Part shown: piece after piece, positions 1 to 8,491 of the stretch
Layout of the letters: the number at the start of each line of letters is the position of its first letter
Numbering within the stretch: position 1 is the first letter of the stretch
Virus record (IMG/VR): IMGVR_UViG_3300020020_000030
Location: 1 to 63,818 of that record
DNA: 63,818 bases
Reading direction: 5' to 3' (one strand)
DNA from: a virus
Lineage: Duplodnaviria; Caudoviricetes
Translations under genes and position numbers: made by a program
Notes under the pieces: generated by a model
Database searches by the model: none
What the model was told of the DNA's origin: nothing
Seen by the model: the letters and a program-made list of their open reading frames with translations, nothing else

Positions 1-4
1 TCGT

Positions 5-130
5 CCCAGTCCGGCTGACCGTCGATGAGGTCGTCGATCCCCCGCCGCACGGTCCCGTGCAGGTCGTCGTCCGCCCGCTCGAGCCGGGCGCGGCGCGATG
101 CAGCGAACTCCTCGACCTTCATACCGCGAC
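5..130. repeat. Terminal direct repeat, copy 1 (assembly overlap of a circularised genome)
   Basis: 5..130 is identical to 63691..63816. Joining the ends makes the portal stop overlap the start of the MuF/protease gene. Confidence 0.9.
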
Positions 131-1912
131 CAGGTGCCTCGTCGGGATGTCGTTCAGGTAGGTGCGCAGGAGTGAGCGATCGTGCGTGGCGCGTTGCACC
201 AGCAGTGCCGTCGTGTACGAATCGAGCGCGCTCTTGAGGTCATCCGGGTCCACGCCCAGGTCCGCCCAGGTACAGGATGACCAGGCATCCTCGAGCAGCA
301 GGTTCGCCTCGGCCGCGGTGATCTCCGGCATCCGCAGATACAGCGCGACCGCGTCGATCCGGTCGGAGACCTTGCCGCCGAGTCGGTTCTTGAGCCGATT
401 GCCGGCACGCTCGAGGGCGCGGAACACCATCTGCTCGGATGCCGCGACGGTCTCCTCCGGGATGTCGTTGACCGGGTGGTCTGCGATCGACGGATCGGGC
501 CGGGACTCGCGCATGTTGTCCTCGGCCGCGGTGACGATCTGGATGCCCAGCAGCCGGAGCGCCTGCTCGACCTGCTCGGGGGATGCCGAGCCGGAGGCGA
601 CCTTGCGGATCAGGAAGTCGCGGCGCTCCTCGTCGGTCGGGGCGTCGTTCTCGTCGAAGCCGTTCTCCCGGCGCATCGTCTCGGCCTTGAGCTCGCCGTG
701 CTCGTAGAGCTCGATGGATTCCTTGGAGCGGTTCGGGCGCATCCGCAGCTGCGAGGTGTCCGCGCCGATGCCGAAGGTCGCGGCCTCCTCGGGATCCATC
801 CCTTCCGCCTCGAGCACAGGGCGCAGATAGCCGATCGTCAGCGCGGAGGTGATCGCCTTGAGGAGCGGCTCGCTGTGCGCTTTGATCGCGGACTCGTCGA
901 CCTGCCAGGCGCCCCAGTGGTTGACGTCGGCGATGCCGGTGAGCACCTCGGGGGGCATGTCCATGCCGAGCGCCAGTCGGCCGATGGCCTCCTTGCGCAG
1001 CTCGATCGCCTGCGCGTCGAGCTCGGACCAGAACGTGAGGTGCTGCACCTTGTCGATGTATTCGCCGGCGACCTGCAACACGATCGGCACCAGCGCGGAG
1101 GCATCCTGGCGGTTGCCGATCGCCGTCTCCATGACGCCGATCAGCATGTTCACGAACGCCTGCGCGCCGGTCGCGGCGGGCGCCTGCGTGGCCGGGTCGC
1201 CCTCGTTCGCAGGGGGCTGCGAGGTCGGCATCGTCGGGAAGCTCATCTCGGAGGGCAGGATCAGCAGGCCGGCACCGGCCAGGCGCGAGTCGAGTTGCGC
1301 GGCGACGTGCATCGTGAGCTTGTTGATCTCGGCGAGGATCGGCAGCACCGCGCGGGTGGGGCTGTTCGCCTTCCACGGCTTGCGCGGGTGCGCGCGCCAG
1401 AGCCGCATCACCAGCGAATCGTCGTCGGTGATGTCGAGATTCAGGCCCGGCACCCGGAAGGTGTCGTTGGCCGACTTCTTGATCTCGGTCGAGGCGATGA
1501 CGTGCCAGACGTCCTCGTCGCCGTCGTCGACGCCGATGACGTACGCCTCGCCGGCCACCGTGTAGTGGATGCCGAGCGATCGGAGCATCTCGCTCTGGCC
1601 TTCGGGTCCGCCGAACAGCGCGGCCATCGCATCCAGCGCAAGCTGATTGGTGGTCTCCTCGCCATTCTCGGTGGCGGTCAGGATGGCGCGCGAGAGCAGA
1701 TTGCCGACCCAGTCCACGGCGTAGCGGTACTCGCCGACGGTGTCGTAGAAATCCCAGCCGACGTCCTGCCACTCTTCGCCGGTCGAGCTCTGCCCCTGCA
1801 CGTTGACGCCGCGCCGAGCCTTGCCGATCGTGTAGTTCTTGGCGGCGGCGTAGACCGCCATTTGCGCCGGCTGGGCCAGAACTTCGGACCTGAAACTCGA
1901 CGGTCGTGGCAT
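119..1912 (-). CDS. Portal protein
   Basis: 597 aa; lies between terminase and MuF/protease; portal-like motifs (EAIGRLALGMDMPPEVLTG, NHWGAW). Confidence 0.85.
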   Translation of the reverse strand: MPRPSSFRSEVLAQPAQMAVYAAAKNYTIGKARRGVNVQGQSSTGEEWQDVGWDFYDTVGEYRYAVDWVGNLLSRAILTATENGEETTNQLALDAMAALFGGPEGQSEMLRSLGIHYTVAGEAYVIGVDDGDEDVWHVIASTEIKKSANDTFRVPGLNLDITDDDSLVMRLWRAHPRKPWKANSPTRAVLPILAEINKLTMHVAAQLDSRLAGAGLLILPSEMSFPTMPTSQPPANEGDPATQAPAATGAQAFVNMLIGVMETAIGNRQDASALVPIVLQVAGEYIDKVQHLTFWSELDAQAIELRKEAIGRLALGMDMPPEVLTGIADVNHWGAWQVDESAIKAHSEPLLKAITSALTIGYLRPVLEAEGMDPEEAATFGIGADTSQLRMRPNRSKESIELYEHGELKAETMRRENGFDENDAPTDEERRDFLIRKVASGSASPEQVEQALRLLGIQIVTAAEDNMRESRPDPSIADHPVNDIPEETVAASEQMVFRALERAGNRLKNRLGGKVSDRIDAVALYLRMPEITAAEANLLLEDAWSSCTWADLGVDPDDLKSALDSYTTALLVQRATHDRSLLRTYLNDIPTRHLVAV

Positions 1913-1990
1913 CCTGCCCCCCTCGTTCCGGGAGGCACGCAGAAGCGCACCCCTTCGGGCGGCATCCTACAGCCGGGACGTGCTCGCGCG

Positions 1991-2347
1991 TTAGGAGTCC
2001 TCGTCGCGACCTTCGTCGAAGTGCACGTACTGGGAGACCAGATACGACAGCGCGAGCCACCCCCAGAACAGCCACCACATCCAGCCGAGCACCGGATGCA
2101 GGAAGCTGACCAGGAAGCTGACGATCATGATCAGCGTGATCCACGGACCCGCGCACCAGGGACAGGTGATGAGCTTCGCCCACGGCCCGTCCTTGGTGAC
2201 GGTCTGCCACCAGACCCGCACCGCGATCGCCGGCGGATAGTCGTCGAACACCACGATGCGGGTCAGCCGAGCTGCGCCGATGATGCCGACGATGACCGCC
2301 AGGATCGCCGCCCACCAGGTGATCTCGTAGCCCTCGATCTCGATCAT
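1991..2347 (-). CDS. Membrane protein, DUF1360-like
   Basis: Three hydrophobic segments; RLTR..DD and CPWC motifs. Confidence 0.65.
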   Translation of the reverse strand: MIEIEGYEITWWAAILAVIVGIIGAARLTRIVVFDDYPPAIAVRVWWQTVTKDGPWAKLITCPWCAGPWITLIMIVSFLVSFLHPVLGWMWWLFWGWLALSYLVSQYVHFDEGRDEDS

Positions 2348-2622
2348 GTTCTGGCCCTCTCGCCGATGTAGATGTAGACCCGAGCGCCCTGCTGGTTGAC
2401 CTTGTCGGTGCGCCGGTAAGCGTACTCGGCCGGCGCCGGCACGTCATCGGTGCGCGGGATCTCCTTGTCGGCCAGGCGCAGGATCGCACTCGTCGACATC
2501 CGGGCCGACGCGAACAGCCGGATCGGCTGGCTGTCGTGGGTGAACTCGGTCAGCCCGTCCATCGGGCCTCCCCGGAACTCGACCAGCACGGTCCCGTCTG
2601 CGTTGCGCGGCGGCTCGATCAC
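2344..2622 (-). CDS. Hypothetical protein (FxGGPxDG family)
   Basis: VEFRGGPMDG motif; overlapping stop/start with neighbours. Confidence 0.6.
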   Translation of the reverse strand: MIEPPRNADGTVLVEFRGGPMDGLTEFTHDSQPIRLFASARMSTSAILRLADKEIPRTDDVPAPAEYAYRRTDKVNQQGARVYIYIGERART

Positions 2623-2879
2623 GCTCGCGGCCTCTCGAGCCCCTCGTACTCGAACGCGACGTAGCCGGCACGGGTGAGCCGATCGCGACGGGTGTAGATG
2701 TGCATCATGATGCGGATCGTCGGGGAGCGCTCGCCGGTGAGCAGCTCGTCGAAGGTGGGCGGATCGAAGATCGGCGTCTCGAGCGGGATCCGGTAGCCGT
2801 AGCCGCCGGCCATCACGGTGCGCCGGTTCCCATCCCAGGGCCCACCGACGAACTCGGCCTGCACCGGGTGCTCGGTCAT
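2619..2879 (-). CDS. Hypothetical protein (FxGGPxDG family, paralog of neighbour)
   Basis: AEFVGGPWDG motif. Confidence 0.6.
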   Translation of the reverse strand: MTEHPVQAEFVGGPWDGNRRTVMAGGYGYRIPLETPIFDPPTFDELLTGERSPTIRIMMHIYTRRDRLTRAGYVAFEYEGLERPRA

Positions 2880-2880
2880 C

Positions 2881-3066
2881 TCAGTGCTCGTCCATGTGCG
2901 CGTGCGGCGGAGGCGCCGGCGGCAGCTCCTCGTTGACGAGCTCGATGTGCGAGCCCGGGAAGCCCTCGCCCTCGGGGACGATGCTGACGTTCTTGATCGT
3001 GGCGCGTCGCAGCTGACGCTCTTCGACCGGCGTCGCGTCGGCGTCGATCCAGTCCATGTTGCTCAT
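2881..3066 (-). CDS. Hypothetical protein
   Basis: ATG (MSNMDW) overlapping the upstream stop; operon packing. Confidence 0.5.
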   Translation of the reverse strand: MSNMDWIDADATPVEERQLRRATIKNVSIVPEGEGFPGSHIELVNEELPPAPPPHAHMDEH

Positions 3067-3332
3067 GCTTCGACCTCCGCTCTCGGATTCTCGATCTCGG
3101 ACTTCTCGAACGGGTCTGGCCCGACCCACACGGTGAGCCGGTCGGCGACGCCAGTGGCCTCGACGTCGTAGCCAGTGACGGCGGGACCGGGGTAGAACCC
3201 GATGATCGGGATGATCTCCGGCTCGTTCACGATCGCCGTCAGGAGCAGCTGGATGCGCGGGACGTGCACCGCCATCGTGGTGCCGCCCTGGCGCAACAGG
3301 ATCACCGCCTCGGTCTGGATCGACTCGTTCAT
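3063..3332 (-). CDS. Hypothetical protein
   Basis: ATG (MNESIQ) overlapping the upstream stop. Confidence 0.55.
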   Translation of the reverse strand: MNESIQTEAVILLRQGGTTMAVHVPRIQLLLTAIVNEPEIIPIIGFYPGPAVTGYDVEATGVADRLTVWVGPDPFEKSEIENPRAEVEA

Positions 3333-3853
3333 GAGTGGTCCAGCCACCCGGCGCGCTCGAACCCCTCGCGGAATCCCATCATGTAGCCGTTCAGCCATTG
3401 CCGACGCAGGCGATCCTCGATCGGCTCCTCAGCCATCGTCGTCTCATCGGAGCTGCGGATCTCCCAGTCGTCGGCGTCGCGCTTCTCGGCCGCGGCGATC
3501 TTCTCGCGCTCGGCCTGGCGATCGAAGAGCTCGGCAGCCTCGTGGTCGCCGGCCGCGCAGCGGTCGCGACCCTCGCGGGTGTAGTGCGCGTGCTCCTCGC
3601 CATCGACGACGGGATGCTGGGAGCGCCAGCCACCGCCGGAGGCGATCATGCTGTCGCGCATCTCCGTGGGGAGCACCATCACGCCGCGCGAGCCGGCACG
3701 GCCGCGCGCGGCGGCGATCTCCTCCTCGGAGGGCGTGCCGAACAGGATCTCCGGCCCCTGCGCGAGTGCCGCCTTGCGCCGGTCGGCGGTGTTCGGCACC
3801 TTGTGCCGGCCGGCACGCTCGTCGTCCAGCCAGTCCATCTGCTCAGTCGTCAT
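3329..3853 (-). CDS. Hypothetical protein
   Basis: 174 aa ORF with typical codon usage, operon-packed. Confidence 0.6.
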   Translation of the reverse strand: MTTEQMDWLDDERAGRHKVPNTADRRKAALAQGPEILFGTPSEEEIAAARGRAGSRGVMVLPTEMRDSMIASGGGWRSQHPVVDGEEHAHYTREGRDRCAAGDHEAAELFDRQAEREKIAAAEKRDADDWEIRSSDETTMAEEPIEDRLRRQWLNGYMMGFREGFERAGWLDHS

Positions 3854-4026
3854 GCCGCCAGCCCGTCTCGGATGTTCAGGCGAGCGGCTGCGCGATCGGC
3901 CTCGCGCTCGTAGGGGAAAGGGATCGGGTGCCGGCGGATGTAGTTGCCCTGGTGGTCGACCAGAGCGACATACCAGGACTCGAACGGGCCGGGGCCGGGG
4001 AAGCCCACGACGACCCAGTGGTTCAT
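3850..4026 (-). CDS. Hypothetical protein (58 aa, MNHWVVVGF...)
   Basis: Fills the gap with ATGA overlaps on both sides; below the ORF-track cutoff. Confidence 0.5.
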   Translation of the reverse strand: MNHWVVVGFPGPGPFESWYVALVDHQGNYIRRHPIPFPYEREADRAAARLNIRDGLAA

Positions 4027-5483
4027 GACGCCCTCCTCGTGGTGATCGTCGCCAGCGCCCGCTGAATCTGCGAGCGCTTCTGGGGTACGATACTACGCCC
4101 CACCGGCACTCCGAGGTCAGTCTTGCTCGAGCCCTTGTAGCGCATGAGCTCGGTCGCGCACCACACCATCGCGTCGAGCCGGTTCGGGCTCTTCATCCCG
4201 GGAACCCAGGTCACGAGCTCGTCCTCGAGATCGGAGGTGACGCCGCGCATGTTGCCCTTGGCGTCCGGCTTCTGCATCTTGGAGTGGAAGCCGCGGTGCT
4301 GCTCGTACAGCGCCGCGATCGGCTCGGCGCGCAGCCGCTTGCCGTCGACGGCCTTCGCCTCGATCACCCGGCCCTCGTACCCGTGCGATCGGAGGGTGTC
4401 CTCCACCATGTCGCCGCCGTAGTTGCGCTCGACCACCATCGCGTCTGCCTGGTAGAGCTCGTACGCGGTCTTGGCCTTCGCCGCCCAGCCGGCGGGGCTG
4501 TACTTGCCGGTGAAGTCGTCCAGCACGTAGAACCCGTCGTCGATCTTCGCCGCGACGATGATGCCGGTCTCGTCGGACGCCTTGCCCTGCGATCCGGCCG
4601 GGTCGATGCCCACCACGACGCGATCCCAGGATCGGGTATTCGGGTCGATGTACTGGAAGAGCTCGGTCGACCACAGCGCGCCCTCGACATCCTCGAGCAG
4701 CTCGGCCTCGAGCTCCTGCCGGCCCTTGCGGGTGCCCATCAGCGGCTCGATGACGCGGCGGATGTAGCCGGCGTCGAGGTTGTGGATGTTGATCGAGGTC
4801 GGCACCCGCACCAGCACGGTGCCATCCTCGGCGAGCCGGTCCTTGGTCCACTGGATCGGCAGCGGCGAAGAGGTCATCACCGTCTTGGCGCCGCCGGGCA
4901 GGCCCGACTGCCGGAGCCCGAATTGGTAGTTGGACCAGACCTCTTCGATCAGGTCCATGTGGCAGGGCTCGTCGAGCCAGCCGGCACCGTGCTCCGGGCC
5001 GCGGAGCTTGTTCGGCTCCTCGGCGGAGAACCCGAACGCCTTCGCGCCGTTCTGGAAGGTGAACTCCTTGAGCGCGGGCTTCCAGTCGTAGGTCTCGCCG
5101 GCGAGCTCGCACGCGCGGATCAGCCCACCGTCGGCCTCGACCATCGTCTGCCGGAAGTCGGTAGAGGTGCGGCCGACCAGCGCGATGCGGCTGACCAGCC
5201 GGGTGATCTTGCGGGCCCAATTGCTCGCCGCGCGGGTCTTGCCGGTGCCACGGCCGGACATGTGGAACCAGTTGTCCCACCACGCCCCCGCCGGCGGGTA
5301 CTGATCGGCGCGGGCGTGCGGGTAGGTGTACTCGTCGTGCGGCTCGCCGTTGCAGGTGCGGCCTCGGGCGCAGTACCAGACCTGCCGGCCGCTGGCCATC
5401 GCGGCATCGCGACGGCGCATCACCTCGGCCTGCGCCTTGGGTGAGAGCCGGCGCATCAGGTCATGCGGATCCGCGGTGCTCAT
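4023..5483 (-). CDS. Terminase large subunit
   Basis: Walker A GRGTGKT, Walker B WLDE, nuclease motifs GIDPA..DETG and SPNRLDA. Confidence 0.95.
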   Translation of the reverse strand: MSTADPHDLMRRLSPKAQAEVMRRRDAAMASGRQVWYCARGRTCNGEPHDEYTYPHARADQYPPAGAWWDNWFHMSGRGTGKTRAASNWARKITRLVSRIALVGRTSTDFRQTMVEADGGLIRACELAGETYDWKPALKEFTFQNGAKAFGFSAEEPNKLRGPEHGAGWLDEPCHMDLIEEVWSNYQFGLRQSGLPGGAKTVMTSSPLPIQWTKDRLAEDGTVLVRVPTSINIHNLDAGYIRRVIEPLMGTRKGRQELEAELLEDVEGALWSTELFQYIDPNTRSWDRVVVGIDPAGSQGKASDETGIIVAAKIDDGFYVLDDFTGKYSPAGWAAKAKTAYELYQADAMVVERNYGGDMVEDTLRSHGYEGRVIEAKAVDGKRLRAEPIAALYEQHRGFHSKMQKPDAKGNMRGVTSDLEDELVTWVPGMKSPNRLDAMVWCATELMRYKGSSKTDLGVPVGRSIVPQKRSQIQRALATITTRRAS

Positions 5484-5812
5484 CTGATCTCCCAGGGTCC
5501 GCCCATCGTGCCGTCAGGGTCGATGATCGCGTTGTTGCCGTGCGGCTCGGTGAAGCGCGGGTCCATCGCGGCGATCTTCGCGTACGGGATGTGCATGTCG
5601 TACGCGATGAACGCCATCATCGCCCGCCGGATGTAGGTGGTGGGCGAGCAGTCGCGTCGCGCCGCGGCCTCGACCAGCAGCTCGAGCAGTCCGCCGTGCG
5701 GGATCTCGATGTTCAGCCGGGAGGCGTAGCGCGACCGGCGCTTGTTGCCCACCTTCGCCGCGACCTCGCTCAGTGCGCGGTCGCGCCAGCTAGGGCTCGT
5801 CGGCCGGGGCAT
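5480..5812 (-). CDS. Small DNA-binding protein (RHH-like)
   Basis: LLVEAAARRDCSPTTYIRRAM resembles ribbon-helix-helix helices. Confidence 0.45.
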   Translation of the reverse strand: MPRPTSPSWRDRALSEVAAKVGNKRRSRYASRLNIEIPHGGLLELLVEAAARRDCSPTTYIRRAMMAFIAYDMHIPYAKIAAMDPRFTEPHGNNAIIDPDGTMGGPWEIR

Positions 5813-6458
5813 CGGGAATCTCCTCGACGTCGATGATGTCGGCCTCGATCGCGGGTCGGAAGCCCTCGTGCGCGAGGATCACGTCGACGATCTGGGTGTA
5901 CTCGGCCTCGGTGGGCGTCACCTCGAGCCGGGTGGGCGCCTTCGCGCCGGAGATCATGGCGTGCAGCGCGAGATCCTTGCCGGCCTGATCGTGCCAGCGC
6001 AGGCGATCGGTGTTCGGGATCTTGTCGCCGGTCTCGGCATCCAGGAAGTAGGGAGCCGCGGCCATCGCGAACGAGCGCGCGATGAGCTGCTCGGCGCGCA
6101 TCACCTCGACCTGGCGCATGGTTTCCCAGTCCTCGGGCGTGTGCGTGGCCGCGAGGGCGCGGTAGAAGTCGCGTTTTGCCTCCGCGGCGCTCGCGAACTC
6201 GAGCGCGCGGGCGATCTCCACGAATGGGGCGCCCATCAGCCGCATATTCACGCAGGCGAGGTCGCGCGCGGTCAGATCGGACGTGATCGCAAGGTCTCTG
6301 ACGTCATAGTCGGGCGGTGGCAGCTGCGGAATGACCGTCCGGGCCTTCTTCTCGGCCTCATTCGCGCGATTCTGCCGGTCGCCGCGCTTTTTGCGGCCCC
6401 GGGGCTTGTTCACGTCGAGGAAAGTGACGTTGTCCTCGTCGTCGGGAGGCTCGGTCAC
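5790..6458 (-). CDS. HTH protein, possible terminase small subunit
   Basis: MRLMGAPFVEIARALEF HTH; located just upstream of the large terminase. Confidence 0.55.
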   Translation of the reverse strand: MTEPPDDEDNVTFLDVNKPRGRKKRGDRQNRANEAEKKARTVIPQLPPPDYDVRDLAITSDLTARDLACVNMRLMGAPFVEIARALEFASAAEAKRDFYRALAATHTPEDWETMRQVEVMRAEQLIARSFAMAAAPYFLDAETGDKIPNTDRLRWHDQAGKDLALHAMISGAKAPTRLEVTPTEAEYTQIVDVILAHEGFRPAIEADIIDVEEIPDAPADEP

Positions 6459-6622
6459 TCGATATTCCGCCGTTTCGCGTTCCGGGCGAGCATGTCGCGC
6501 ACGAAATCGCTCCGCGTGGCCTCGCCGCGCTGCTTATCGAGCCGTTCGAGCTCGGCAGGGGCGAGCCGGACCCGCAGATAGTGCCCGCGGGCTTGGTCGA
6601 GCTTGGGAGGGCGCCCTTTCAT
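6455..6622 (-). CDS. Ribbon-helix-helix DNA-binding protein (55 aa)
   Basis: MKGRPPKL...LRVRLAPAELERLDKQRGEATRSDFVRDML; apparently leaderless after a TACAGT -10 box. Confidence 0.65.
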   Translation of the reverse strand: MKGRPPKLDQARGHYLRVRLAPAELERLDKQRGEATRSDFVRDMLARNAKRRNIE

Positions 6623-6662
6623 GGCCATACTGTACCCCGGCCGGCACCCGGAGCGCTGAGAA

Positions 6663-6893
6663 TCAGTACGCGGACCAGCGCAGGAGCGTTCCGAGCCCGC
6701 CGGCGACCACCGTGCCGCCGGTGAGCAGGAACAGCGCCCCCACGAGCAGCCAGAATCCGAAGATCACGGCCGCGACCAGGAGCACCACGAGAGTCAGCAC
6801 CCCGCAGATCTGGAAGAACCTCTCGAGCGGCGTGTCCCGCGGGTCGGGCGCAGTGGTGGGGGTGGGCAGGGTAGGCGTTTCGACGTCGTCCAT
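6663..6893 (-). CDS. Small membrane protein
   Basis: CCCCGGAAGGA RBS; long hydrophobic stretch. Confidence 0.65.
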   Translation of the reverse strand: MDDVETPTLPTPTTAPDPRDTPLERFFQICGVLTLVVLLVAAVIFGFWLLVGALFLLTGGTVVAGGLGTLLRWSAY

Positions 6894-7454
6894 ATCGGTT
6901 CCTTCCGGGGATTCGAGGACTGAATCGTACCCCACTTGTCAAATCGCCTTGCCAACCGCGCCCACCCGGGATACCTTGGGCCTCGCATACGCACCTCGAG
7001 CGCGGATGTCGCACGGCTGGCAGCCGGCGCACACGGGTCAGAGCCGGAAATCGCTCATTGCCCGGTAGCGCGGGCCCGTAAGACCGTCACAGGATCACGC
7101 CACCGACGACGGTGACTGCGTCCCGGGAGACTCAACGCGAAAGCGGTCGAGCCGGGCGGTGGTGGTTACCAACGCGCATGCGTGCAGGGAAAATCGGGAG
7201 CGGACTGTCCCCCCACTGAACTTCGAGCGGAGCCGACGGAGCGCTAGCGGAGTCGGGCGCCCGAGCTCGCGATGCACACCGAGCGATCGCACCTCCGCTG
7301 GCGCTCCGGTGCTCGGGCCGGATCCGGCGTATTCCGTACCCCGCATATAGCACAGCCTGGGTATTCTGGGGTACGTATATCTCGTGGGACTAGGTCCACC
7401 CGTGCGCTAGGCATGCTGTGCCGGCTGGGCGACTCCGAACGAAACCGCGCGGGT

Positions 7455-7487
7455 GCGGGGGAGCGCGCGCGCGGCACGCTCCCCCGC
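7455..7487 (-). terminator. GC-rich hairpin downstream of the 7493..8098 gene
   Basis: GCGGGGGAGCG / CGCTCCCCCGC inverted repeat. Confidence 0.45.
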
Positions 7488-7492
7488 GGGCG

Positions 7493-8098
7493 TCAGACGC
7501 CCGTAGCCGCTTCCGCCGCGAGCGCGCGAGCGCTAGCGCGGTCAGCGGTGGACATGGCCGCAAGCGCTGACTTGACCGCTTCCGTGGCCGCGTCACGCTT
7601 GACCGCGAGCGCGTCAGCGTTCCGCGTGTCGCGGGCGTGCTCCCGCTCCGCTTCCGCGTGCTCCCGCTCCGCTTCCGTCAGCGCTCGCGTGGCCGCGGGC
7701 GTGGCCGCGAAACCGCGGAGCGTTCCATCCGCGAGCGCGGCCACGCTGACCGTGACGCCCGCTCCCGCGAGCGGAGCGAACGACGGATACTTGACCGCGA
7801 GCGCGGCCACGTGCTCCGCGGTCAGCTTGACCGTGACGCCCGCCGCGAGCGTGACGCCCGCGAGCGTGGCCGCGGCGGACATAGCCGCGGTTCCGATAGC
7901 CGCCGGGCGTGCCGCGTGCCGCGCGCGGTTGACCGCGGAGCGGGTGCGAGCGACCCACGCGAGCGACTCCGCCACGCGGCGGCGGGCGTCGCTGACGTTC
8001 CCGCGGAGCATGTCGCGGCGGGTGATGAGCGCGGCCACGCGGCGGAGCGCGGCGGGCGTGGCTGACTTGCGAGCGGCTGACTTGACTGACTGACCCAT
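7493..8098 (-). CDS. Ala/Arg-rich basic hypothetical protein (201 aa), candidate immediate-early gene
   Basis: Own promoter and CCCGGAAAGGA RBS; ATG at 8098. Confidence 0.7.
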   Translation of the reverse strand: MGQSVKSAARKSATPAALRRVAALITRRDMLRGNVSDARRRVAESLAWVARTRSAVNRARHAARPAAIGTAAMSAAATLAGVTLAAGVTVKLTAEHVAALAVKYPSFAPLAGAGVTVSVAALADGTLRGFAATPAATRALTEAEREHAEAEREHARDTRNADALAVKRDAATEAVKSALAAMSTADRASARALAAEAATGV

Positions 8099-8150
8099 GA
8101 TGGATCCTTTCCGGGTTGTGCTCCGCGGGTGCGGAGCGGGTGAGATACCC

Positions 8151-8179
8151 ACGATAGGGCATAAGCGGCCATAGTGCAA
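8151..8179 (-). promoter_or_regulatory. sigmaA-type promoter (leftward)
   Basis: TTGCAC-17bp-TATCGT on the - strand. Confidence 0.6.
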
Positions 8180-8446
8180 CTTGACCGCGGAGCGCTCGCG
8201 GCACGCTCGCGGCACGCTCGCGGGTGCGAGCGCTCGCGGGTGCGCACCCGCTCGCGCGCGCGCTGCGCGTACGCGCGCTGCGCATGCGTGCGCCTCACGC
8301 GCACGCGGGCAGGCGCCCGGCCGCGCGAGGCCGGCACCCGAGCTGCGGGAACCCGCGCGGGTGAGTGGCCGGCCGGCCGCGTGCGTCGCGCGCCCGCGCG
8401 GTCAATCAACGATCAACGAGCGCGGGCGCGTCAACGAGCGCACACG

Positions 8447-8477
8447 AAAGGCCCGCCGGTCAACGACCGACGGGCCT
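8447..8477 (-). terminator. Intrinsic terminator after the 8492..9697 gene
   Basis: AGGCCCG.CGGTC / GACCG.CGGGCCT hairpin followed by TTT on the - strand. Confidence 0.55.
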
Positions 8478-8491
8478 CGCGCGGGTGAGCG

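Noticed and set aside
1-132. Terminal repeat as a biological DTR or attachment site
   Set aside because: It lies inside the portal/MuF coding junction and has a length typical of assembler overlap; more likely a circularisation artefact.
240-2489. Long alternative-frame and antisense ORFs (also 36342-38147, 40651-42909, 59028-60959 and others)
   Set aside because: Shadow ORFs typical of high-GC DNA; Arg/Gly/Pro-rich and overlapping well-supported genes.
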